Position numbers and translations under genes: made by a program. The notes below the pieces were generated by a model. It was not told where the DNA came from. It ran no database searches and saw nothing but the letters and a program-made list of their open reading frames with translations. This document shows, piece by piece, positions 1 through 11,700 of a stretch of 54,687 bases of DNA. Source of the DNA: a virus; IMG/VR virus record IMGVR_UViG_3300018080_000027, positions 1-54,687 of that record, one strand, 5' to 3'. Position 1 is the first letter of the stretch. Each line of letters starts with the position of its first letter.

Positions 1-123
1 CATTTGGGCGCAAATGCAGGCGGCGTCTGCCAAGGCATCCCCAGTAGCGGCTGACATCCTATTGATTCAGGACTCGGAGGACAGCAACAGCATCAAGGAA
101 GTGACCTTCGCCGAACTGAAGAC
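1..123. repeat. Terminal overlap, copy 1; identical to 54565-54687 (circular closure or terminal redundancy)
   Basis: Direct comparison: catttgggcgcaaatgcagg...gccgaactgaagac occurs at both ends of the window. The reading frame continues across the junction. Confidence 0.95.
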
Positions 124-679
124 GCACCTGGATACCGTTGGCACCTACGATGAAGTCTGGATTCCTGCCTCGCAAATGACCCCGAGCACGACGAACGGAG
201 CCGCGGCCGACACCAAAGAGTACGGCACCAACGACATGACCCACGAGACGCTTCTGTTTGATGGGGCAGCCCAAGACGAGAGCGCGGAATTCGATTTAGT
301 TATGCCGCCATCATGGGACCTGGGGACGATCAAGTTCAAGGCGTACTGGACCAACGGTCACGCCGACGCCAACGCTGATGAATATATCCGATTGGGGCTT
401 GCTGCGGCGGCGAGATCGAATGACGACGATTTAGACGACAACCTGGGGACCGCGGGATATGTGACGGATCAATTGATTGCCGACGACGACATGCACATTA
501 CTTCTGCGAGCGATGCGATCACGATAGCGGACATCCCGGCCCTTGGAGACATGATCCACTTCAAGCTCACTCGCGACTACGATTACGATGGCGGTGGTGG
601 CACCGCGATGGATGTTGACTTGCGACTGCTCGGCATCCTTATTCAATACCAGAAAACCGTTGCCGTTTCGGCGTGGTGA
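2..679 (+). CDS. C-terminal part of the tail-fibre-like protein that starts at 53702 and crosses the junction (about 513 aa in total)
   Basis: Frame of ORF 14..679 equals the frame of the open reading from ATG 53702 once 1-123 is superimposed on 54565-54687. 863 + 679 nt = 514 codons. The C-terminal domain looks beta-rich (jelly-roll-like). Confidence 0.8.
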   Translation: MWAQMQAASAKASPVAADILLIQDSEDSNSIKEVTFAELKTHLDTVGTYDEVWIPASQMTPSTTNGAAADTKEYGTNDMTHETLLFDGAAQDESAEFDLVMPPSWDLGTIKFKAYWTNGHADANADEYIRLGLAAAARSNDDDLDDNLGTAGYVTDQLIADDDMHITSASDAITIADIPALGDMIHFKLTRDYDYDGGGGTAMDVDLRLLGILIQYQKTVAVSAW

Positions 680-684
680 TAATC

Positions 685-1587
685 ATGGAAACGATCGTAC
701 CCGGCAATCAAATCACGGAAACTGATCCTGTCCCCCAGGATGCGCTGAACGCACTGAGTTGGTACTACACTCGCACGACCACTGTAACCGATGATGCTTT
801 GCCGTGGATGTTGTCGCAGGGATACTATGTTATCTCCTCGACGCCACATTATGATTTCTCCGGGAATCTGACTCACACACTCTACTCGATTCGTCGCGAT
901 GAATACCAAGCTAAGTTGGCCCTACAAGACCTCTCTGACACATTTGTAGAAGCCTACAATAATGGCCGTGAGGCGAACGAAACTCGGTACGATGACATTG
1001 TCGGGTTATGGGAAATTCTCATTTCCGCTACGCAAACCGACCTGGAAGCAATGGAGGATGCTTTCGATGTCAGTAGCGACAACACGGATGTTGCGGCGTT
1101 CGATACCGACTATTCAACCCACGCGGCAACTATCCGGGCCACCATCGATGACCTGGGAACAACCGAACTAGCCCGCATCAACGAGAAGTGGGACGACGCC
1201 CTAGCCCAAGAGACGAAGCAACTGATCGATCGAGGGCTCTACTCTTCAGCGTCACTTGCAGCTATCACGGCCAGGAACACGCGCGAGCGGGGCGAGGATA
1301 TTGCCGCCCACAACACTCGCATTGCCAGGGAAGAACGAGAGGCCGAAGAACGATTGTATGCCGCTCGCGCTTCGAGCCGTCAGGCAAAGGTTCAATTACG
1401 AATGGCGACAAACGAGCGTTACCAGAAGTTGCTAGAGTTGCAAGTCAGAACGCGAAACGAGTTCCTTGTTGGCCTTTTTGGGTTCATGGAGCGGAGGACG
1501 GACACATACCCGAATTTGGCTTCCTTGGCACAGCTGTCCGCTTCACTTGGGGAGTACGGATCAGCAGCATGGCAATCGGTACAGTAA
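685..1587 (+). CDS. Hypothetical virion/tail-associated protein with a coiled-coil C-terminal half
   Basis: ORF 673..1587. ATG at 685 lies just after the fibre stop (677-679). Tightly packed in the structural operon. Confidence 0.6.
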   Translation: METIVPGNQITETDPVPQDALNALSWYYTRTTTVTDDALPWMLSQGYYVISSTPHYDFSGNLTHTLYSIRRDEYQAKLALQDLSDTFVEAYNNGREANETRYDDIVGLWEILISATQTDLEAMEDAFDVSSDNTDVAAFDTDYSTHAATIRATIDDLGTTELARINEKWDDALAQETKQLIDRGLYSSASLAAITARNTRERGEDIAAHNTRIAREEREAEERLYAARASSRQAKVQLRMATNERYQKLLELQVRTRNEFLVGLFGFMERRTDTYPNLASLAQLSASLGEYGSAAWQSVQ

Positions 1588-1588
1588 G

Positions 1589-2743
1589 ATGCCTATCAAC
1601 TCTGGTGGAGATCCCGAGCAATTCAACCGCCCTCCGTTTGTGAAACGAAGGCCGCGGATGATGGGCACCGCCAATTTTGGGATGCCCGCCCCACATGACC
1701 CGAAGTTTGGTCATGCTATGCCGGTTGGTGATTTCCCGCTTTCGATCGGTGTCTTCACCGTTTTGCAGGTCCTTGATGACTACTTGATATGCGAGGGATA
1801 CGATGCGCTGACCCGGAAGTTCTACAACAATGCAGCCATCGCAAAGCCCTACTTGCTTCAGCGCACGCCCTGGGATGAACAAACCATTGACCTCGGTGAC
1901 TACACCGTAACCTACACGTACATCAACGACTACACCAGACAGATCGAGGGCTACGAAAACGAATCCAGCGAGGCTTTCGAGTCGGCCGTGGAATCCATCG
2001 ATCCTCCGTACTTTGTAGGCGATCGAATTACCGCAATTCGGAGGGATGTCGAAGCGGTGCAGATTGGAGGCGAAAACATTCAGTGGGAAGACCTGAATCT
2101 CGGCGCGAGAAAATGGTCGGCGTACAGTTCAACAACACCGACCGTACATTACTTCGCGATCATCACCGACAACGCAAATCAGGTGGTAATGGAAGTGTCG
2201 CGATACGGCAGGACGATTGCCAGCCTAAGCGAGGATCCGATAGATACTGAATTGTTGGTCCACAGCAATGGCACCGCCCTTTACTATGAGGATGAACTGA
2301 TTGCGGTTGTCCAAACGAGAGGGGCATGGTACGCGATGAAGCTGCTCTCTTCCTCATTGTGGGACACCGACATCATTGGGTGGGGGCAATTAGGAATCCA
2401 CTGCGGCAGTACGCCAGATACCAAGTGGGGGCCAGTAATCGATGCTAGGTATCTTCTGGAAATGGACTCCACTTACTGGAGCAGTAATGGGTATCCTTCG
2501 GAACACTTCTTTTCTCTACATGGAAGCATAACTGCCACGACGACAAATACCGGGTACGGTTACGACACATTCGGATGCGTGGTAGTTGAAAATGCTTCAG
2601 ACTTGGCTGGTTTGCACACAAGTGGATATTTCTATCCGTACGTTCAGGGCGACAACTATGAGTATTTGTTCACGGAAGGACAGTTGGCGGCAGGGTATCC
2701 ACACGTCTTTCGCGATTGGAAATTACGCATTGTAAAATGGTAG
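1589..2743 (+). CDS. Hypothetical structural protein
   Basis: ORF 1466..2743. ATG 1589 (MPINSGG...) follows the previous stop by 1 nt. The upstream extension overlaps the preceding gene. Confidence 0.6.
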   Translation: MPINSGGDPEQFNRPPFVKRRPRMMGTANFGMPAPHDPKFGHAMPVGDFPLSIGVFTVLQVLDDYLICEGYDALTRKFYNNAAIAKPYLLQRTPWDEQTIDLGDYTVTYTYINDYTRQIEGYENESSEAFESAVESIDPPYFVGDRITAIRRDVEAVQIGGENIQWEDLNLGARKWSAYSSTTPTVHYFAIITDNANQVVMEVSRYGRTIASLSEDPIDTELLVHSNGTALYYEDELIAVVQTRGAWYAMKLLSSSLWDTDIIGWGQLGIHCGSTPDTKWGPVIDARYLLEMDSTYWSSNGYPSEHFFSLHGSITATTTNTGYGYDTFGCVVVENASDLAGLHTSGYFYPYVQGDNYEYLFTEGQLAAGYPHVFRDWKLRIVKW

Positions 2744-2755
2744 GAAACGCCAAAG

Positions 2756-4450
2756 ATGACTGGATTGCCCCCGGTAATGACATCGACGCCCTTGCTTTCA
2801 CGCACGGGCTCTACGAATGTCTACGCGAATCCATACGGAATCTCAGGTGGACTAGAAGAGGAAGAGAAGAAAAAGCGGAAGTACCGGCAGTACCTAACGG
2901 ACCCCAACGCGGCTCGGCAAGCTGCTGGAATGCCTTCGCTTGGGAACCTCTCAGGATATTTCTACCGGTCGCCGACAAGCAGCAAGTACGACTGGGTGTC
3001 GCTTCAGGAAGGATCAACAGCCCCGAAGTACATCGCGAGACCGACTTCGGCAACACCAGGGTCGCCAACATCCACTCCAACCCCGACACCGACAACACCA
3101 CCGGCGCGACCGCCACTGATTCCTCCACCCGACGCACCGACGCGACCGCCGAAGCCGACGCAACCCAAGCCACCGACCCCCACTCCGACCCCGACAACGC
3201 CAAGGCCAACGCAGCCCGAGCCAAGACCAAGACCCGAGCAACCAACGCCCGAAAACCCGAACCCAACAGAGCCGATTCCTACCACGCCGGAACCGCAAAC
3301 CCCGTTCGAGGTCCCTTACTTCGAGTATCCGAGCTACCATACTCCAACGGGGTACGCAGACTCCAGCAAGCCCCATGACGTACCGGATGAACTATGGGAG
3401 TATATGCAAGCGGAAGGGTTGTACCAGCCGTACGTCTCCGAGTACCAGCGTGCTATGTTTCGGCAGTACACACCAGACGATCCGTCCATGATGTTCGAGT
3501 CGCCGGCGTATGCCCTGGACTTCGGCTTCCGCGACTGGGAATTCGGGAACGTCGCTCCGGACTTCGGGCCGTACGCGAGCGACGTGCGTGCCATTTCCGG
3601 GACCACCGGCGGACCTGTCGTTCGTCCGGCGACGAATTACCAGTACACGTACCAGGAGCCCGGGGAAGAAGCAGAAACCAGAACTGGCCGGAAATATGTG
3701 GCGGACCCGGACGCGGCAGCCTATTACGAGTCCGAAGAATTTCTCGGGTACGCTCCGGAGGTCCGGCAGCAAATTCGGCAGTACGCATCGGGTCGCGAAA
3801 CGACATTGGCCAACATGGCCAAGAGCGGCCGGAAGATCGCCGCTCCGTACTATGCAAACCAATACCTCAGTTCTCCAGAGTATCTATCACTTCCTGAAGG
3901 CCTGCAAAGGAACATTGCAGACACTTACAGCAAGAATGTGCCAAAGGGCAAGGGGCTTCCGGCGGGGATGGTCGGTAGCTTCATTTCACAAGACGCGGCC
4001 GACCAGTGGGCTATGTGGTACATGGCCCAAGACGACAAGCGAAAGGCTGGACAAGACCATGTGATGTTCGGTGACGACCTGTTAATCCAGGCCATGAACG
4101 ACTTGTCCGACACAATTGAGGCACAGGCCGCCGGGTTCCCGACCTATGAAGAGTTTCTCCAGGCCCTTGCCCCGAACCCCCTTTCGCATCCGCTGCTTCC
4201 ATCCTCGGAGTATGGCAAGGCGGCGGAAGATACGCCAGCACGACGCGAGTCTTACGAAAGGAAGACCTTGCAGGCGAAGCTCCAGGCAGGGAACCAACTC
4301 AGGAAAGAAGTATTCAAGCAGGCCGGTGTCCTGTCCAATTACGGAAAGCCGACATCAACCGCGTCCGGTGGCGTCAATTTTCTGAAGAACCAGTACGAAC
4401 CAGGGACGTGGGATCACTGGTTCCATTGGTTTATGACGGGCCAAGAGTAA
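2756..4450 (+). CDS. Hypothetical internal-virion/ejection-like protein with a long Pro/Thr-rich linker
   Basis: 564-aa ORF. Residues about 95-185 are PTSTPTPTPTTPPARPP...PEPQTP. Position is between the fibre genes and the giant virion gene. Confidence 0.6.
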   Translation: MTGLPPVMTSTPLLSRTGSTNVYANPYGISGGLEEEEKKKRKYRQYLTDPNAARQAAGMPSLGNLSGYFYRSPTSSKYDWVSLQEGSTAPKYIARPTSATPGSPTSTPTPTPTTPPARPPLIPPPDAPTRPPKPTQPKPPTPTPTPTTPRPTQPEPRPRPEQPTPENPNPTEPIPTTPEPQTPFEVPYFEYPSYHTPTGYADSSKPHDVPDELWEYMQAEGLYQPYVSEYQRAMFRQYTPDDPSMMFESPAYALDFGFRDWEFGNVAPDFGPYASDVRAISGTTGGPVVRPATNYQYTYQEPGEEAETRTGRKYVADPDAAAYYESEEFLGYAPEVRQQIRQYASGRETTLANMAKSGRKIAAPYYANQYLSSPEYLSLPEGLQRNIADTYSKNVPKGKGLPAGMVGSFISQDAADQWAMWYMAQDDKRKAGQDHVMFGDDLLIQAMNDLSDTIEAQAAGFPTYEEFLQALAPNPLSHPLLPSSEYGKAAEDTPARRESYERKTLQAKLQAGNQLRKEVFKQAGVLSNYGKPTSTASGGVNFLKNQYEPGTWDHWFHWFMTGQE

Positions 4451-4463
4451 TCGGAGACATATC

Positions 4464-5756
4464 ATGCCTATTGTTGTTGGACACGACCCGAACCCAACCG
4501 CGATTGCGGCGGCTGGCTTTGCGGCTGGCGCCGGGAAGAGCAAATACCGTCAGTCTTCCGAGTGGTTGAAGTACACCCAGGCGGAAGAGGAACGCAGGCT
4601 CCGCGAGCGGTTGGCCCAAGACAAAATGCGGTTCGAGGCCGACAGAGAGATGTTCCGTGCCGGCAAGCAAATGGAGTTGCAGGACCGGCAACTCCAATCC
4701 TATGCCGATCGTCAACGGATGGATCAGCAGGGCCGCATGGATGCCCAGCAAATGGACTGGCAGGGCCGATATGAGCTTCAAGCTCGCCAAGTGGATGCCG
4801 GGATCATGGAGGGCATCCGGCTTGGCAAACTGGAGTTACCCCCGGCTGCACAGAAGCAGCTAGACCAACTGAACGCCGACGAAGCATCGATGGTCCAGAG
4901 CGGTCATTACGACGACGAGGCGGTGGCTGAATTCCGCGAGAAGGCCCAAGCGATTCGGAGGAGGATTCTCCGCACAGCCAAGAAGAAGCCGCAGAACAAC
5001 GATCTGTCGCTCAAGGAAGGATGGGCCCAAGACACAATGCTCGTTGACGATGGCAATGGGCCGTACCGCGTGCAGCGGACTGATAACGGCTGGGAGGTCA
5101 TCAAGGGTGCGCCGGAAGGCGGCGGCAACGCTTCTGCGATCGAGCAGATGGAGAACCGCGGCAAAATCTACAAGGCCCGGTCGGACTACATCAAGCAACA
5201 GGCGTATCGATACGAGCCGAAAGACGAGCTTGGCACGCCCAATCAGGCAGAATTCGACAAGGTTGTGGCCGAAGCGAATGCCTTGTTCCCCGACATCTAC
5301 GAAGAAGCACCCGAGGAGCCGGAGGGTACGTCGGGGCTAACTACCAACCGCGGATCTTATCGCGATTTCTTCGATCGTAGGAGACTGGCGGAACTTGATA
5401 AGGTTCGAGCCGCGAACAAGGCAATTTCACAACCCAATGGGCAAAAGCCATCGGGAGCACCCGCCGCCGGCAAGCAGCCGATCACTATGAAGGCCATTTC
5501 CGAAGCCACGGAACTGACGAATGAGATGCTCGACAACCCCACCGACGATGGCGCGATCTACTACCATATCGTACGGAGCAAGACGGGCAAGCCGGTGCGG
5601 GCCTATGTCCGGTGGAATGCCAAGGACAAGAAGTGGGATGTCATTGACAGCGAGGATGTTCCTATTCCCCAGACCGCGGTAGAAGAATTCGAGAAGGGCG
5701 GCTATCGCATGCGCGGGATAATGGGCTACCCAACGAACCAGATTCGAGGTTTCTGA
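4464..5756 (+). CDS. Hypothetical internal-virion-like protein (Q/R/E-rich coiled coil)
   Basis: 430-aa ORF with a GGAGA RBS 7 nt upstream. Its stop overlaps the next start (TGATG at 5754-5758). Confidence 0.6.
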   Translation: MPIVVGHDPNPTAIAAAGFAAGAGKSKYRQSSEWLKYTQAEEERRLRERLAQDKMRFEADREMFRAGKQMELQDRQLQSYADRQRMDQQGRMDAQQMDWQGRYELQARQVDAGIMEGIRLGKLELPPAAQKQLDQLNADEASMVQSGHYDDEAVAEFREKAQAIRRRILRTAKKKPQNNDLSLKEGWAQDTMLVDDGNGPYRVQRTDNGWEVIKGAPEGGGNASAIEQMENRGKIYKARSDYIKQQAYRYEPKDELGTPNQAEFDKVVAEANALFPDIYEEAPEEPEGTSGLTTNRGSYRDFFDRRRLAELDKVRAANKAISQPNGQKPSGAPAAGKQPITMKAISEATELTNEMLDNPTDDGAIYYHIVRSKTGKPVRAYVRWNAKDKKWDVIDSEDVPIPQTAVEEFEKGGYRMRGIMGYPTNQIRGF

Positions 5757-8700
5757 TGCCACTGCAGCTCACGTCGGAACAACTGAAGTCGATGGTGTAC
5801 GAGGAACCAACTTCGTACACGTCGGAGGAACTGAAGGCGGAACGGACGGCCATCGATGCGACCCGCGAGATCATGGAGCATCTTGGCGACCGCCGCCGCG
5901 TGCTGAAGGCTTGGCGTGGCGCAACGCCGGAGCAACGAGAAGAGATCTTGGCGACGGCGCCGGGCATGGGTGAGTTCTTGCGCGAGCGGCGTCCTGGCCC
6001 GTTGGTCCGCACGGCCGAAGCGTTCGTGACCCGTGGTATGGCGCAGGACATTGCCCAACCGATCATGGAGCTTGCGAGGTTCGGCGGCACCGAGGAGGAG
6101 ATCGCAGCCATTCGCCAGCTTGAGGGGATTGCTTCCCAGCAGTACGCTCCAGCCACCCCGGACGATCCGTGGTACGAACGAGGTCCGCTTCTGGCAACGG
6201 AAATGGTTCCGTGGGCCGTTCTGGCGATTCGGGGCGGGGCGGCCGGCAAAGGCGTGGCTCGGAAGACCGGTCTGGCTAGCGCGATGGCCCGCACGGCCGG
6301 CATGGGGAATGTGACCCTCCGAGCGGCCGAAGTGGCGGGAATCACCACCGCCACATTTCCCACGCTGTATGCCCAGGAGTTGGACTCTCTGAGAGAGGCG
6401 GGGATCGGAGAGGGCGTTTGGTGGCGAGAGCCGGCAGCGGCACTAACGGCCACCGTCAACGGCACGATCGAGAGCGTTGTCCCGAATCCGTTCAAGGTGG
6501 GCAAGGTTCCTCTGAACCAGGGAGCGATGAAGGCCGCGAGGTCTTACCTTCTCGAAGCGGTGAAGCAGGCCCCCGGCGAGTTGAGTGAAGAGTTTCTGCA
6601 GGGCCTCGCGAGTGGAGTGGGTAGGGCGGTTGCGACCCACCTGGACGAGAACGCGCCCGACCAGGGGCTTGGGTCCGCATTCCAGGAATCATGGAATCAG
6701 GGGACCGAAGCCGCCCTGCCGTTGGCGTTTATGTTGGGTGTGCCGGCCGCGGGGGGGGCGGGGGTAACTGCAGCCCGGGTTCGGCTGGCAGAGCTTCAGC
6801 AGATTCGAGCCAAGGATTGGGTCACGGTGGAGGAGGGAGAGTCACTCGGCCTGTCCGAAGAGGAGATGCTGAACCGCAACACACGGAAGGAAGCCGTCGA
6901 CAAGCGGATCAAGGAAGCCGAGAAGGAGGTGGAAGATGCCGAAGCAGTACGAAGCCCTGAAGAGGAAGTACGGGAAGACGAAGGCGGCGAGGATCTTCGT
7001 GGGGCTGGGGAAGGGCAAGTACCAGCGGAGCCAGAGGGCGAAGGCGCTGCAGCACCGGAAGTACCGGTAGAGGAAGAGCCGCCGGCGCCGGCGACTGATC
7101 TCGAATCCATGACGCCCGAGGAGGTCGAGCGGGAATGGCGACGTGTCTTCCCGGATGCCCCGAAGATCGCGCCGGGCAAAACGCAGATGATCCGCGAGAT
7201 TCGCGGAGAGACAGTTCCGGAGCCGGAAGCCGAACCCGAGGAGCAACCCGCCGAGCCCGAGGGGCCGTACGAAGAGTTCCGCGATGAGTATCACCGCTTG
7301 CTCAAAAAGTTCATGGAGTACACGCCGGACCAGGCGGGCTCTCACGAGTACGCCCGCCGGCTGGGCGAATTCGCCGATCGGTTCCCGCCGGAGTGGGTAG
7401 AGCGAGCCGAGCGGGAGTTGGAAGAGCCAGAAGCGACGGTGGAGCCAGAGCCGGAGCCGGACCCCGAGGCTTCACCGGAGCCCGAATCGCCGTATCAGGT
7501 GGGCGACCGGGTAAGGGACATCAGAACCGGCGACATCGGCGTCGTTGAAGTGGTCGACAGATTCGGCAGTGGGAAGGTAGCGATCGAGTATCGCCGCGAG
7601 CGAGACGGGGTCATTGACACCCGCGGACTCGGCGATCTTGAGGATGCGACTGACGCGTCGTCTCAGGAGCCGGGGCAACAGGCCGAACCCGAACCGGAGA
7701 CCACCACTGCCGAAACTGAAGAAGTCAATATCCGCGCCCACATGGAGCGAAATGGCGTGGCGGCCAAGGATGGAGTGACCGCCAAGGTCATTCCGCACCG
7801 TACGCGGGACGGCTTCTACGAAGTACAGATCACCATTGCCGGAGATCGGCAATTCGCAGGTGAGTACGAGGCAATCAGTGACGCCCAGGAAGCGGCTATT
7901 GGGTTTCTGGAGAATCCGGAGTCTATCCCCGAGGAAGCAAAGCCAAAGCCCGAGGAAAAGAAGAAGAGACCGCTCAAATCCAAGAAGCGAGTGACCGCCA
8001 AGGGCGACCAGATCGACTTGTCCGGCCTGACCGACCAGGAGCTTCGGCACTTGAGTCGCTATCACAAGCGGCGGGCCTATGCCGGCGGTCACGACATCGG
8101 CGGATCCGTCGCTGATGAGATTCAACGGCGCGGGATCAAGGACTATCAAGAGGGGCCGCCGGAATCGAAAGAGGCGTTCGAGAAGTACAACAACCTTCGT
8201 AAGTTCCGGGAGGACACGCAGAGGAACGTCACTTCTGCCCACACGTCCCTGTATTCCCTCGAATGGACGCTCACCATCGAGGAGGCGCACAACAAGCGTG
8301 GCGTCCCGCTTGGCGGCCGTGGGGAGTATGGCCTGTCGGCGGCAAAGAAATGGAAAAGCCTTATCGCCGCAGCTAAGGCAGCAGTACCGGAGCGAGCCGA
8401 GTACAAGAAAGCGAAGCAGGCCATCGAGGATGCCAAGGCGGAAGTCGAGAAGGCAAAGGCTGAAGAACTGAAAGCCGAGCGAGCGTATAACCGGGCGGCA
8501 GCCGAAGGGTTTCCGAAGATCCCCAAGGGACAAGTGCGGTATCCGATTGAAGGCCGTCAATCAGTGAAGGTAGGCGAGTACGACCCCGAGCGAGGGCAGT
8601 ATGAAGTTGAGTCTCCTAGCCACACGCACTGGGTATCCCCCCAACCACTCCTGGACAACTACGTTTCCAAAGAGGAGCGGGACGCCCTGAACAGGATCGA

Positions 8701-11700
8701 GGAGCAGTACCGCGAAGCGAAGGGGGAAATTGAGAAGAAGAAGGCCGAAGCCGCACGCAAAAAAGCGGAGATGGCTGACAAAGACAAGTTGCGCAACGCC
8801 CGAAAGAAAGTGAGGCAGTTGCAAGACACCCGCTACTGGAAAGAATCCCGCAAACGAGCGCAAAAGCGGAAGGGGAAGAAGGGGAAGGTCGAAATTGCAA
8901 AGGATGATGAAAACCGCGAGGAGAGGGTGGCCACAATCCTGAGTGACAAGTGGGCCATTACGGAAGGCAAAGAGGAGGGCGGCGGCAAGGTTTACTCGCT
9001 AACCCACATCCCGACAGGTAGGTCTGCGGTTGGGTATGACAAACCACTCGACGTAAAACACTTCATGCAGTTTGCTGAAGAAATCGGTATGGATTGGGGA
9101 GCCATCCCCGACGACGGGAATGTCTCTTCCGAAGACCAGCGCCGCCTTAGGCGAGCGATGGTCGCTTTCGATGCGGAGAGCTTCACCGATTTGACGCAGG
9201 AAGAGCAGGACATCCTTCGCGGGGGCGTGGAAGTTGCTGATCCGGGGATTACGGCCGATATGATCCTCGATGCTTACGACCTCGGTAAGCACGGTGGCGA
9301 AACTTTAGGCTTGAAAAAACAGGGCGTCAAGATCATCGAGCAACTCACCAAGGACGTTCCCGAATTCGCCTACGACCCGGTGTTTGTGGTCGACAACGAG
9401 AAGAAGTTGATCTTTCGCGACCACTACACATTCAAGTTCGAGCCAGGCCTGTTCAATCTGCACCCCACCGAAGTCGAGCCGGGGCAGACGGTTGGAATCA
9501 ACTTGCCTGACCTGGGGCTGAAACTCGAAACGGATCAAGCCCGAGTTATTGCCAAGACCCTGAAGAACGCGGGCTATCAGGTCTCCGTGGGGCGAGGCAA
9601 GAAGGCGAGCGGCACGGTCAAGGTCAAGGCGGATGGCTACACATTCGAGGCATTCAGGGAGCGGGCCCGCGGCTGGGTGGTGCATGGCATCAAGAACGCA
9701 GAGGTCGCACTGGAAACCAAACTGCACAATCTGGTTGGGAGGATCCGCTGGAACCACCACTCGACGAAGGAGGCGCTCGCAGTCGCCGGCAAGGAAGCTG
9801 CATCGGATTTTGGGGAGACGACACCAGCCAAGAAGAAGGCCACCCCGAAGGCAGACGAAGGCTCCGGCATTGCCAAAATGGCCAACCCGACCCGCCAGTC
9901 TCGAACGGCACGGCGAAAGGCCAAAGACGAAGAGGTAGGGATTGCCGCCGCCGACATCGTAAAAACCGCCGAGCGACTATTCGGCGTAGCGATCCGAGAG
10001 GGCGGGTTCAGCAACAAGGCGGCCGGTATCTACAAGTGGATTACCGGGAGCAACACCCCGCCGAGTCCGGAAGTGGTTCGCACCGGCGAGCACTACTATG
10101 CCAGCTTGGCGGTCGCTTCCCACGAGATTGGGCACCATATTGACGAGAAGACCAAGGCGGTCAAGTCGATGCCTCCGGCGGTACGGGAGGAAGTGAAGGG
10201 GCTGGACTATCAACCGGAGAAGGCTCGACCGTCCGAGGGGTGGGCTGAATTCCTCCGGCGGTATATGACCGAGCCACCGATCGAAACGATAATACTCGCC
10301 GATGGCGGGTGGGTCAGACAGGAAGTTCCCAACCCCGGTGTGGATGCCCCGAAGACCCTTGCGTGGTTCGAGGGCACATTCCTGCCGGCCAATCCCAAGA
10401 TAGCTAAGGCCATCACCGAGTTCCGCGGATACGCTCAGCAGTTCGCCCAGCAGAGTGTGTTCCAACGGGTAGCATCCCTGATCGCCGACCGGAAACCTCA
10501 AGACCTGGACTTCAAGCAGCGGTGGCTGAACAAGTCGCGACGATGGTTGAACCGGCTGAAGACGTCTTTCGTCGACAAGTTCCACACGCTGGAGTGGATT
10601 CAGAAAGAGGCGAAGCGAAGGGGGCACAAAGGCGTTGGAATCTACGACCTCACGATGGCCCACTTCCTTTCCGCGTCGTCGCACGCAACGGTCGCGTTCG
10701 AGGAAGGGGTTCGTTCACTCCAGACCGGCCGACCGATCGGCGAAACAACCCTGTGGGGCCTGCGAGACCATTTGGAGTCGGACGGCGAATACACCGACGC
10801 TGTCCTGTATGCTCTCGCGCGACACACTGCTTTCATGGCGGAGACCAAGCCAGAGTACAATACGGGCATGGACGTCGAAGATGCGGATGCTTGGATCCGC
10901 GAAGTCGAGACCACGGGGAAGAAAGATCGATTCGAGGCGTTCGCGAGGGGTCTTTCTCAGTTCAACAACGACCTGATCCGGATGCTCGTTGAGGCTGGCG
11001 CTTTACCGGTGGCCGAAGCCGATCGGATGATGGCGTACTACGAGGACCAGAACTACTTCCCGTTGCATCGCGTTCGAGACGTGGAGAACAGTCAGTTTGC
11101 CGGCACGGGTGCGCGGTTCGTGAATCTCGGGCGTGCCGTTCGCCGCCGAAGCAGAACCGGTTCCGGCCGACAGGTCATCGACCCGATTGACGCCACCGTA
11201 GCTCAAGCCATCCGGTTCTACGGTCGAGCCATCCAGGCGAGGCAGCAACACGTTTTGTCGGAAACGCTTGACCCGCACCGCGGTGGTGTTGGCGGGATGG
11301 GCGGGCTGATGGACCGTGTAGACCCCCGCAAGAAGGTCACGCACGGCAAGATCCAGGAGATCCTCAAAACGCTTGTCGACGAGGGTATCATCGAAGCGGA
11401 CGACGCGAAGGCTATGCGAATTGCGGCCAAGATCCTACACCCCTATGAGGGATTACCTAGCGCCAAGTCGTTGCAGTGGTTCGCCGAACGGCATGGCATC
11501 GAGATCCCCGAGGCCGAAGAGGGCGAGATCGAGCCAGAGTTGGCGGAGGACGTCTGGGTCCAACTGGTGGATGCCGCCATGCAAGAGCCCGACGCATTGG
11601 CGGTCATTTCTCTTTGGCGGCCAGACTACACCCCGAATGCCGCAAAACGAACAGTGGTCATCTACAGCAAGAGTGGCGATCCGTTGATGTACGAGATGGA

